A DNA stretch of 64,000 nt, taken from the NCBI RefSeq assembly GCF_036321535.1, contig NC_087458.1, forward strand, positions 4,278,001 to 4,342,000, read 5' to 3'. Shown in pieces: positions 37,901 to 49,124 of this stretch. Under the pieces are notes generated by a model that did no database searches, was not told where the DNA came from, and was given only the letters and a program-made list of their open reading frames with translations. Origin of the DNA: Camelus dromedarius (lineage: Eukaryota). Numbering within the stretch: position 1 is the stretch's first letter; each line of letters starts with the position of its first letter. The position numbers were made by a program, and so were the translations under genes.

Positions 37901-40338
37901 GCTAAGCTATACACTAGTCCTGTGGCCTTGGGCAAGTTCTTTGACCTCTTGGAGCCTCACTTCTTTTGTGAGGTGTGTAAAGGAAACTAAAAATCATGAA
38001 TTCCCTTTCCTGTACATTTTCCTCTGTGACCTGAGATGAGAGAAGTGGGGGGCGGGGGACTGGGAAGGGTGGAAGGCTGCTTGGAGAGAGCCTGGAAGCA
38101 GGGCCATCTCCTTCCCGTGAGATTCTCATCCCACTCCTCACCGTCAGCTTCCCCCGCACGGCACAGTTCTCCATGTCTTGGCTCCTCCATGTTAGATACT
38201 GGAGGGAGAAGCAGAAGAGGGAAAATCATGGGGCCACCTGGACCCACCTCACATTATGGCTACACTTGACCCCCGTTAGACCTTCCCAGCCTCATCATGC
38301 CTCACCTCCTCCACACAGCCCCTCACCTTGTTGGGCACTAGCCCCTCCTCTTCTTCTTGGAATTGAAGATCAAAGGAGAAAACGTGATCCCTGAAGGGAC
38401 AGGTAAGGAGGGATAAGAGCCAAGCCACCGCACCTGACCTGAGCTCCTGAGCACCCCCCTCCCGGCCTTGCCCATGTTCAGCTGCTCAGGGACAAACAGT
38501 GCAGACCTGCCCTCTCTCCTCCCCCTTACTCCATGCCTTGGCAATTGTGCTCTGGGTCCAAGCATGTCCATATCCCATGGCTTGTACACCTGCATGTGTC
38601 CCCTGCAAGATGCTGCAGCGGCCATGCAAGTCCCATGTCTGCCCAGGAGCATGCATGTCGACCNNNNNNNNNNNNNNNNNNNNNNNNNNNNNNNNNNNNN
38701 NNNNNNNNNNNNNNNNNNNNNNNNNNNNNNNNNNNNNNNNNNNNNNNNNNNNNNNNNNNNNNNNNNNNNNNNNNNNNNNNNNNNNNNNNNNNNNNGGGAA
38801 ATACCTAGAAGGCACAGAGAAGTGGGTGCCAAGGGCCACCCAGGATACCACAGAATCCCTCAACACTCTCTCCAACCAGAGGAAACCCAGCCATGGACAT
38901 AGTGGGTATGTGAGATGAGTTGTGAAGTATTAATAAAGCTATTAATAAGGCTACTAAAAAATAATACTGGCTAACTGTGAGTATTTAACCTCTGCCAAGC
39001 ACTGTGTTAGCACTTTAGATGCATTTGATTTCTTACAAAAACCCTATGAGGTAGGGGCTAACATTTTATAGATGAGGGACCTGAAGCTTAAAGCCATTAA
39101 GAAATGTACATAGCTCATTTAAGTTGGAAGTGGCAGGCACCCAAATTCGAATCCAGGTCTGTCTGACTCCAGAGCCCAGCCCAGACCCTTCATGGAGCTG
39201 CCTTAGGGCTAGGGATTCCCTTTCACTCCCACATTGTACACTGTCCCACCTGGAGCATTTACTCACCCCATTTCTCCCAGCCCTCTGTTTGCACCCTCCC
39301 CTCAAGGCCCCTCACAGGCCACCTCAGCCCTCCAAGGTTTCTGCCTCCTCTGACCAACGCCAGCACCCGCCTGGCCTGATCACGGAACCCACCGTCATCA
39401 GCATTCAGAGGGAGCCCAGAGTTCAGGGAGAGGTGATTAACACGAGTGTGGTGCTTAGAACTGCGTCTGGCACATGCTAAGTGTTTGCTAATCTTATCCA
39501 TCCCCCAACAGTTACTCCCAGTAACCAAACTGCAGTTCCTTCATCCTTAAAATTACTCTAAATCCTACATATATAACAGGAACCTGCAAATAGATAAAGG
39601 TCCATCTCAGAAAAATTTGGCTTATGGTTTCCCTCACAGTGGGACTCAGACTTAACAGTACTGGTAAAATGGTAGAAAGGGAGGTAGCAGGTGTTAGGAA
39701 CCACTGAATTAGTTCCAAGTCTTCATTTTGGAGCTAATAATAATAGCAAACACATATAAAGCATTTACTTTGTGCCAGACAGTGTTCTCAGCACCTTACC
39801 TATATTACCTCATTTAATCCCTAAATAATTCTATAAGGTAGAATACTATTATTATCTTCATTTGGCAGATGAGGAGACTGAATCAAAGAAGGGTTAAATA
39901 GCTTGACAAGTTCATACAACTAGTGAGCAGCTTAGCAGGGATTCCAACCTGCCAAAGTTTGGTCTGGTTGAGAGTCCGTGTTCTTTACCACCAAACAGTG
40001 CTGCCTTGGAGTGAAGAAAGTAGGTCCACAGATGAGAAGTGACTGATCTGAAGTGCCAGCTCATTCCACCTGTCTGCTCCCCTTTTCTGGTCAGGCTCTT
40101 AGCTTCCTTGAGACTGAGAGCCTTCCTGCACCTTGCCTTCCACACAAGGGGTCCCAGTATCTAATTGCTAGGACTGAGTGCCAAGCTCACACAGAGGGAG
40201 CGTGGTACTGGGGCACTCACCTTGCAGGNNNNNNNNNNNNNNNNNNNNNNNNNNNNNNNNNNNNNNNNNNNNNNNNNNNNNNNNNNNNNNNNNNNNNNNN
40301 NNNNNNNNNNNNNNNNNNNNNNNNNNNNNNNNNNNNNN
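31942..40338 (-). CDS. SEMA6C: Semaphorin-6C (Sema and PSI domains, TM helix, Pro-rich cytoplasmic tail), about 934 aa; start codon inferred inside an N-gap
   Basis: Coding exons 5'->3': 40221-(about 40338, in gap; exon boundary 40392), (about 38690, in gap)-38804, 38327-38390, 38142-38198, 37685-37786, 37381-37471, 37052-37171, 36778-36866, 36250-36467, 35834-35965, 35409-35561, 34993-35166, 34554-34700, 34241-34318, 34058-34113, 33855-33899 and 31942-32987. All visible junctions are GT-AG and in phase. Motifs include [49 protein letters not shown], the TM segment [23 protein letters not shown] and the C-terminus PNGSHFNF*. Confidence 0.94.
33398..33493 (-). CDS. SEMA6C: SEMA6C 96-nt in-frame cassette exon ([32 protein letters not shown])
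   Basis: Bounded by tctctgtcaccAG and G|GTAAGG, phase 1-1. Matches the recalled 32-aa insert of the long human SEMA6C isoform. Confidence 0.85.
38960..39200 (-). mobile_element. MIR SINE
   Basis: gccaagcactgtgttagcactttag...cctatgaggtagg...attttatagatgagggacctgaagct...ttcgaatccaggtctgtctgactccagagccc. Confidence 0.75.
39735..39985 (-). mobile_element. MIR SINE
   Basis: tactttgtgccagacagtgttct...cctcatttaatcc...cagatgaggagactga...gttaaatagcttgacaagttcatacaactagtgagc. Confidence 0.75.
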
Positions 40339-42097
40339 NNNNNNNNNNNNNNNNNNNNNNNNNNNNNNNNNNNNNNNNNNNNNNTGCTGGCCCTGAAAGA
40401 CAATACAGGAGGGTCGGGTAAGGGGCCAGTTTCCTTCCACCCTTGAAGCAAGTGGACTCCTCCCCTGGTCTATCCCCAGAAGACCCTGTGGAGTAGGGGC
40501 AAGAACCCTCTCTCTGGCACTGTCTCAGTCCCAACCAGCTGTCACTGTCACTTAAGGCCCTTCCCTCTCCAACTGGCCTAAACTGGCTGTTGCAAGGCCT
40601 GCCAGCATGACCCCAGGTAAGGACAGGACACACCCGCTCCCCCTCCCAGCCTTCTCACTCAGCCTTTCCTCTTGTCTCCTGACTGGGGACATTCGGTAGG
40701 TGATACCTCCTGGCCCCCCTCTTGCTAACCTCTTCTTAGCTATAATTAGACACTGAAGCCTTAAAATTATAAATAGTGACTCCTTGGCACTGGAGGTAGG
40801 AAGAGTGCACCATGTCTGCCTCGCCCTCCCTCACAGACCCCCATGGCACCCTGGGGGCAATTTTGTCGCTGTGCCCTGGCAGAGGCAGCTGTAAGGCAGC
40901 CATCATCCCGTCTAGGGTTGAAGAACAGAGTCGAGGAGGCAGCCTAGGGTTGGCTGAACTGGTCTAAGCTCATGCTTCAGGGGCTCTCCCCATTGCTAGG
41001 GAGAAGCTGGGTAGGGAGGGGGTGGGGGAGGGGGGCTGTCTTAGCCAAAAATGAATCTGCATCAAAGCCAGATCAGAGGCTAAATTTAGCTCTGGCTGCA
41101 GCTGTCTGCCCGACCACTGTGCCCCCTCCCAGCCTCTCTAGCCCCCTGTTCCCTCCCTAATTCTGAAGAACCAATGCATGTACTTGATGGGGGAAGAGCA
41201 AACCCACCCCTCTGTGAGGGGCCAGGCAAGGAAGGAGCTATACTGGTGCAGAGATAGGGCTGAACATGCCCCTTTTCCCTTCCTTCCCTCTTTGGACTGT
41301 CTTGGAATGAAAATATAAATAATTCAATGACAGGCAGGCTATTGCAGCCCAAAGTCCAGGAAAAGATGGATATGGTGGAAGGGACAGTGAGACAGTCCTC
41401 CTTCCCACTCACCAGCCTCTATCAGCCTCCTCCAGCCAAACTGACCCTGGCTGGGACCCACAGTGGGAGGGGTACACCAGCTTCCTGCTTTCCCTTGCAG
41501 TTTAAGTGAGGGGCTGAGTACACTGGGGAAATCAGATCAGGAAGGGTGAGACTCCTTCCTTTCTGTGAACCCAGCTATCCTTCACCAATCCTTAGTTGCC
41601 TGTCTTGCCATGTCCCCTAAAGAGACTCTGGGCTTCCAGGCCCAGCCCATTCCTTCTCCCCAATAATTCTGCCTTGGAGCCAGGACCCAAGTGTACCCCA
41701 TCCCCAATCCAGTGTCACTGGTGGGGAGGCTGACGTCAGATGGGGTCCCAAGAGAGCTGGAGGAAGGGAAGGGGTAGGAGCACCTAATGATGACCCCCTC
41801 CCCAGGGGCAGAGCAGTCAGCTAGCTAACGACCCTCTGGTGCTGAAAGGCCAAACCTCCCTCAGCACACCACCCGCTCCCATGTTTCCGGATGTTGATGC
41901 TCCCAGGGGAAGAGAAAAGGACACAGCTTGTCTCCTATCCTCCCCCTTCTGCCCCCACCAAGTTGCCCTGGGCAACTGGTATCTTCACCTAGGAAACAAC
42001 TTCAGCCTCAGGCAAGTGAGGAGAATGGCTGGACCCTCTTCCTGCTCCCAGGCCTACCTCCATCCCCTGCCCTCAGGAGGTGTTGCCCTTTTCTTAC

Positions 42098-42147
42098 CTG
42101 TGGTGGTGACTCCTGTGAGGGTTTGTGGGGGATAGGAGACCTCTGAC
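42098..42147 (-). other. SEMA6C: SEMA6C 50-nt non-coding 5'UTR exon
   Basis: On the - strand: a long pyrimidine tract tctcttccctcctgtcccttcttccatcAG, 50 nt of exon, then the donor CAG|GTAAGA. Confidence 0.7.
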
Positions 42148-43049
42148 CTGATGGAAGAAGGGACAGGAGGGAAGAGACTGAATTACACCTCCTTTCCACA
42201 TCCCTTAAAAGTAAACGTGAACATTCAGGAGAAGTCTAATGAGGCTAGGGTAGGGGAGATGCTGCTCTGGAAGTGGGGGACCCATAGACATTGAGCTTGA
42301 CTGCAGAGGTGCTGGCCGCTTCATGCCCAGAGACGTGAGGGCAGGGGCTGGGGCTGGCCCCTGCACAGAAACTCCTGAAACTGCAGGACTAGTCTTGGGA
42401 AAAGGGGTGACTGGGAGAGTTTGTGGGGCATGACGACCACTCCCACATTAAAACCTTCAGAATCCAGCAGCCTTCTTAGCAAAAGCGCCCTGGCTGGGGA
42501 CAATAGAGGGTAATTTGCATCTCATTTGCATGCTCTTCATTTCTAGGCAAAATGCTCTCTGATAGCTAGCACCCCCAACCCCTTCCTTCTTTCCAGAGAG
42601 CAGGCCCTACCTCCTTCCCACCCAATCTCTCCACCCTACCCCCAACCTTAGATTGGATTAGTCCAGCCTCTAAAAACACTTGGTTGGCCATTACACTGGC
42701 CCCCTAGACTTAACTATGATACATCTTTAAGAGGGCTTCCCATAGCTGATTTGGGGGAGCAGCATTTGAGCGGGCCCCCATCCAATCCCTGGCCTGGGCA
42801 AAGGCTTACCCTGCCAGGACCAATCCCAACTGCTTCACACCCCCTCCCTCCCCACTTGGAGCAAATAAGAGAGGCCTGGCGATTCCTTCTCCCCCTCCTG
42901 GCTTCTCCCCTTGCTGGGAAGAGGAAACAGCCCTTCTCTCTCCTCCTGGCCCAGCAGCCACCTCTGGGGAGTGGCCGGGGTCATAGCCAGATGCTAGCGG
43001 GGGCTGGGGAAGGGATGGAGAAGGGGAGATCGGGCTGGGGACAATAGCA

Positions 43050-44660
43050 GGAAGCTCTCGGGCTGATCACCCGCCCCAGTCCACCTTCCTCTGGAGGAGC
43101 GGGGGGCGCGCCAAGGAGCCTCGAGTAACAGGCGCGTTCCCTTCTCCAAGACAGTTCCCCTCACCCTTAGCTCTCAGCCCTAGGCTCGGTACCTACCCTC
43201 CCTCCCACCCAGCCCCCAACGAGGATAATCCAGGTGTCTAGAGACTTGCATGGGGTGGGCCCGAGGCCAGGGGATCGACGTCTCTCCCCCTCACTGGATC
43301 TGGGGCTCCGAGAGGGGCGGGTAGCAGAGTCTGGGCCGGGACCGGGTCCCAGAGCCACGTTAGCGGGAGGAGGGGCTGGAGGGGCCTGCAGGCGCAGACC
43401 GAATGGGGATGGGAGCGGGGGCTGGGGAGCGGAGGCGGGTCTCCGAGGCCAGGGAAGCAGGGCCAGAATCTTGGAACCGACGAAGGCGGGCCTGGGGCCA
43501 GCGCTGAGCGGGGTCCGTGGGCTCGAGATGCAGTCGCCAGCTCGGCTTTCCTCCTTGAGAGACCTCGGTCTAACAAAGCCCCAGGGCGAGTGGAGTGAAA
43601 AGGAGGAGATGGGCACTAAGACTGATGTTTCTCAGGGGCCCCACTCCCGACTCTGTGCCCAAGCCAACCCCCTGGGAGGTGCACAGACTCCCGCTTGCAC
43701 AAGGACAGAGATGCATCCGTGACACCAAAGTCCGGAACAACGCGTCCCCCTTCCCATCCCTGCAGAGGCAACGAGAGGGTCAGGTTCTCCGCAGGTCTCG
43801 AAGCCTTAATCTCCCTACTGGGGAGGCAAGGGACCAGGTTTTCCACCCTCTGTACGGTGCGCGCCTCAAATAATCCCGTTTCGCGTTCCCCAATCCAAGG
43901 GATGGGACTCGGAGAAGCCATTCGGAAGAGGCGCCCAGACCCTGAGCCCAACAGCGCCGTGACGGGGCACGGTCCGTTCTTCCACCCGCGCACCCCAACT
44001 CCGCTGACCCTCTCCGTCATCCAGGCACACAGCGCGCTGGCACCCTCGCAGATCCCTCTGGCACTTCGGAAGCTTGCTCCCAGCCTTCGGCTCCCCGATC
44101 CTCCCCGCCTCCCTGCAGCCCCAGCCCTGCTCCGGGGTACTTGCTCGGAGATCCGGGTCAGCGGGATAGAGAGCGCAGCGGGCGGGCAGCGGCCGCGCAC
44201 CGCTCCGAGTTCGCAATCGGTGGCTAGGGCTCTGGTGATGTGTGGGGAGCGTCTGAATTGGATGGAGCTTGGATCTGGGCTCCCGGGCGCTGTCGGGTCG
44301 GGCGAGCCCTGGGTCCCAGTCGCAAACCCCACTCCCGCCGCGTCTCCGCGGAGGAAAACAATGCGACCGCCCGAAGCTCTGGGCCGGGCCCCAGCCGCCC
44401 CGCCCGCATCCCAGACGGACCCGCCTCCGGCCCGCCTCGGGGTCCCCACAACTAATCCGGTTCTCGGAGGCCAGCTAAACACCGCCTTCTCGACAGCTCT
44501 CCACCAATAGTACTCCTGGGGGGTTGGCGGGGGGCGCCGGGGGCACCGCCCACTGAGAGGGCCTGGCCGGGAGGCTGAGCTGAAGAGACCAAAGCCTGGC
44601 GAGAGATCCGTGGACAGTCGCTGAGACCCGGACAGAGGAGGGGTCACGCGCTTTAATGTG
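43050..44660. promoter_or_regulatory. SEMA6C: SEMA6C CpG-island promoter and first exon region
   Basis: High GC and CpG density upstream (on -) of the SEMA6C exons. Exact TSS and first exons not resolved. Confidence 0.7.
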
Positions 44661-46399
44661 GGGAGGCCCTGGGGAGAAATCTCACAACAAGAGAGGAAGG
44701 AAGAGCAGCTGTGAGGAGAGATAGACAGGAAACCCGGGGACCTACGCTGGGCTGGGCTGTCAGAGCCGGCACGACCTCCTTTCTCCTCCCCAGTGGCTTT
44801 GGCTACCCTGCTCCCTGGGTACACCTCTCCCCTATTCTGCCTCCAACCCTCTGTTCCTCCTCTACTCTTTTTACCTCAACCCCTTTATTTCTTCCCATGT
44901 GCCTCCTCTGGTTCATTCTGACCTGGATAAGGGAGGCCTAGCCCGCTCCTAGGCTTGAGGCCTAGGAAAGGAAAGGAAGATGTCACCAGGAAGTTTTCCT
45001 GATCCCCAACATCTCCTCCCCTCCCACCCCTACTGTCAAAGCAAGATGGGCTTAGACCACTAGGCCAGGAACTAAGGAGCCAGGAAGCCAGGGTGGCCAG
45101 CAGTCAGGCTAGGCTGTTGGCTGACGGAAGAGGACAGGTGAGTGGGGCTGAGGCCAAAAGAGAGATGTGGAGATCAGGACAAAGTGACTCAGAGAGTCAC
45201 ATAGAAAGAGGAGCAACACGGAAACCTGAAAGAGGGAAAGTAACCAGCTGCTCCAACCCCATTGACACAAAGTGGTGTCCCATCTTTCCTCAGAGGACCC
45301 TGGACATCCCTTCAAATAGCAAAACTGTTCCTTCTCCATCCTCACTTCCATAACGACCCTTTGATTCCAGGAATGTCAGTGAGGAGGAAGAATGAGGCTA
45401 CTTCAGATAGCACTGCTTGGCTCCCACCTTGGTATTGCCTGCTAAGATTCTTCCCTGCGTGGGGGCTAGGACAAAAGGCGCTCTCAAAATTCCCAGGATA
45501 GTGGGTGGCATGGGAAACATTGGCATTCTTGGATAGTTTTATCTGAGTGGGCACCCCCCCTACAGACACACACATCTTGGTCTCTGGACTGAAGGCAAGG
45601 AGGGGCAGAGGTTTGCTACTTTTGGACAATTCTTCCTGGACTGAGATCAGAGTAGGTAGCATCATTGGCTGGACTAAGCCCCACAGTAAGTAAGCAAGAG
45701 ATACAAACATGCAAACACAGAGACAGAGACGGAAGGTGAACTAGTGAGATAAACAGAATCAGAAACAATGGAGCAATACTTACACAAGGTTAATTGCTGG
45801 GAGTCTTGGGTCCAAGATAATTCAGTGGCCAGTCAGGACTGTTTTGAAAGGTTGGAAAGAGGTTTCAGGAGAAAGACACCTTAAAATATACAGGTATTTA
45901 GAGGTTGAAATCTCCCCAGCTCCTAGCACATGTGCTCATTGAACAGATTAGTGAATTGGGGATGAAGGTGTAACTCATTTAAAGTTTTAGGGCCCGACTA
46001 AAATCTAAATTCAGTCCAATAAATATTAAGCACTTACTTCAAGTACAGTCCACTGTGGGATGCAGTCCCAGTGTTTAAGAAAATGACCATCTGTTTGAAT
46101 TAGAACAAGACTTACAACTACTAAATGCTTAAAAAGCAATACCAAGTCTCAAAAAAAAAAAAAAAAAACCCTCCAAGCTACATTGAACATAATTCCTAAA
46201 TGAAAGAAAGAACAATAAATGTTCTTCATGGTGACAGCAGGGAAAGATGTGGATATATTTTATCACGGAGGCTGGGAGAACTTTGGTGGGAGCTGGCTTG
46301 GTGCAAAAGAAAGGAGAAAGTGTTCCAAAGAGGAACACAGCTTCAGCTTCAGCAAAAGCTTTTACTTGGTGAGCATGGAACCTGAAACACAGATAAAAA

Positions 46400-48265
46400 A
46401 GGGCCCATGTGATATGTAAAAGATACTAGTTAGAAGCAGAGGGCAGGGGAAGAAGGAGGCAAATTATGGAAGGCCTGGGATACCGAGTGAGTAGGTTAAA
46501 ATAATTTGCTAGGAATACGAACAGGATATCGTTTCAAGTTTTGTTTTTTGTGTTTTTTGAGTCAGAAATGTATTCTGTTAACTTGGTGTTGGTGTGGCTG
46601 TTCACAATCCTAAGTTCTTAGATAAAGGTGTTATTGTCAAATGCTGTATTTCAGCAAGAAGACAAGGAGATCTTCTAGCAAGAAAACAGGACAGTTTAAG
46701 GATGAGGGGAGAAAGCCTGTCAGACAAGGATGCTGGCATTGGGTATGGAAAGAAATGGATGACTCTGAGAGATATTTCAAAGGACAAACCAAATGATTCT
46801 CTTCCTATTCCCCAGGATCTTCTGAGAAAAAAAATCACAGTTGCACAGATTGGAGCCTTTAATAAATTCAGGATCTCCAAGCTTGGAAAATGACCGTCTC
46901 CCAATCCCTACAAGTAACTATGCCAAATGCCTGCTTCTTAAGATCCTTTCCTCACAGTATCCTTGCTCATCTTAGCAGAACCCCATCCACCTTCAGAGAA
47001 AACAGAGGTTAAAAGGTGGGAATTCCACCAACCTTTTGCCCTCTAGAGATGCACTTAGCTGCATTCTCACATCTCTCTCATCCCAGCTCATGAGGATGCT
47101 TGTCGTATGCCTGTCGAAGGCACACCTTTCTGCTTTACTGTAGCTCCATGCACTCAGGCCTATGTCTATCTTGCTCACCACTGTATCCTTTGCATTTATC
47201 ACATTGCAGCTATTAACTATTAACACATTGGTTGAATAAATCTGACTCTCTATCTCCTACTCAGGGGTTTTATGCCATATGTCTTCAAATATTTTCTCCT
47301 TCCTTAATTTTTTTCATTTAAAACTTTTTTTCTTGTGGGGGAGGTAATTAGATTTATTTATTTTTTAATGGAGGTACTGGGGATTGAACCTGGGACCTTG
47401 TGCATGCTAAGCACATGCTCTACCGCTGAGCTATGCCCTCCCCACCTTCCTTCATTTCTAACTGCTCCTTTTCTACTGACATTTCCCCCTCTGCATATAC
47501 ACATGCTCAACAATCTCCCATGATTGAAAGAAAAAAAATTCTAAAATTTCCCTTGATCTTTGCCTGTATTTAGCCACCACTCACCTTCTCTCTTCCCTTC
47601 ACAGCTAAATTTCTAGAGCCACCCATACTTGTTGTACCCATTCCCCACCTTCTCAATCATTTTAGTTCTGGCCCCCATCACTCCACTGAGATTGTTCTCA
47701 GCAAGGCCACTAAAGGCCTCCTTGTCACATCCAATGAACAGCTCTCCAGTCTTTATCCTTTTGCCCTCTTTTATCCTTTGCATTTGGCCCTGCTGACCCT
47801 TCCTTTCTTGAAATGCTCTCCTCTTTTGGCTCCTGGGTCCTTCTTTCTCTTGACAAAGGCTAGGGACTTAATAGATACATATTTTTTAAGTGAATAAATG
47901 GCTTCACTTCTCTTAATGCGGCCACTCTTTCTCAGCCTTCTCTGATCTCTCCTTAAATGTCAGTGTTCCCTCGGGTCATATCCTGAGCTAGCTCTTCTTG
48001 CTCTAGACACCCTCACTGGCCAAGATCGTCCACACCAAGATTTACAGTAACTAGTTATGTGCTGCTCACCATAAATATCTATAACCTTGGTCTTTCTCCT
48101 GAGCTTTAAACTCGCTTTTATAATTGCTTATTGGATACTTTCATTTGGATTTTTCATAGGTATTTACCACTTACTCTAAAGACAGGAAGCTTGTCTTTTA
48201 TCTTTGTATCTCTAGTACTTAGTCGTAATGCCTGGAATATAGTAAGTAGAGGAAGAAATAAGTGT
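46400..48265. mobile_element. Cluster of L2 fragments (46400-46900 on -, 46980-47250 and 47450-48265 on +)
   Basis: Alternating purine-rich and pyrimidine-rich degenerate L2 sequence, with L2 3' termini ttggttgaataaat and gcctggaatatagtaag. Confidence 0.55.
47325..47443 (-). mobile_element. tRNA-Ala-derived camelid-type SINE
   Basis: Reverse complement: ggggagggcatagctcagcggtagagcatgtgcttagcatgcacaaggtcccaggttcaatccccagtacctcca plus A-rich tail. The anticodon arm TGTGC-TTAGCAT-GCACA is intact. Confidence 0.9.
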
Positions 48266-49124
48266 GCACTACCTCAGCTATGTCAGGCCGAAGTGTTGCT
48301 TGACTGCTTCAAATCACACTCAACTCTCTCTTCCTGAACTGGTTTGAGAGTCCTGATCCCAACTACGGGAAAACCTCAGCTGAGCAGAAACATAGGAACG
48401 TTCCATTCTGAGTATTTTTCCAGATACTTTGAATTTACCCAATTAAATGCAAAACATTTTCATTTTAACTGTTTCAAATAGGGATTATTCAGAAAGATAT
48501 TAATTTCCTGTGGATTATATAGTGGAAAGACCACAATTAGGAGTCATTAAGACATAAACTGACCTCCAAAGATAAACCTCTTTATCTCTAAGGCTGAGTC
48601 TGTCATCTCTGTGTGGACACTTTACCTGCCTGCCTGCCTCACAGGATGAAGTAAGATAACGTAAGTGAAATGTTTTGTAAATCTCAAAGTGCCTCACACA
48701 TTTAAGATATCATCATTATCCAGATTTTTGCTTACTCAGAGGAAGCACTGTGAACTTTTGTCCAGGAAAACAGTGAGGACCCCAAGGTCTAGAGTATGTG
48801 TAGTTGATACCGTTTGCTCATCCTCTACAGGGCCAGCAACGCTGCAATTTCCAACTGTCTGCTTTTCCGTTTTCCTAGCCTCCTCTTGCTATCTGTGTTA
48901 ATTCTCACCGGTGGTCTTGTTTCTGAAAGCTCCTCTTTCCTCTTTTGATTTGCTACTGATTATATGCTGTGGGCTCAGAGAAGATTACTAGAAATGGGTA
49001 TAGATTAAAAGAAAATAAAAGAAAGACTTCCACATGAGTGAAGCCAATAACATAATATGTAACTCTTACGTTGCTACCATTTCCCCTTCTCTGCTAGTTC
49101 TTGGATGTGTTTGAATTTTTTTTT

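Noticed and set aside
41413-41450. Possible 38-nt non-coding SEMA6C exon (cccag acceptor, GTGAGT donor on -)
   Set aside because: The splice signals are plausible, but I have no homology or transcript evidence, so it is too weak to list as a feature.
43616-44824. 402-codon - strand ORF and the opposing 271-codon ORF (43695-44510) in the SEMA6C CpG island
   Set aside because: GTG start, low-complexity composition and no domain. Long frames on both strands are expected where GC is very high and stops are scarce.
46950-46970. GTATCCTT, a U12-type donor look-alike, of interest because SCNM1 is a minor-spliceosome factor
   Set aside because: Intergenic, with no exon or U12 branch point associated. 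All introns reconstructed here have U2-type donors.
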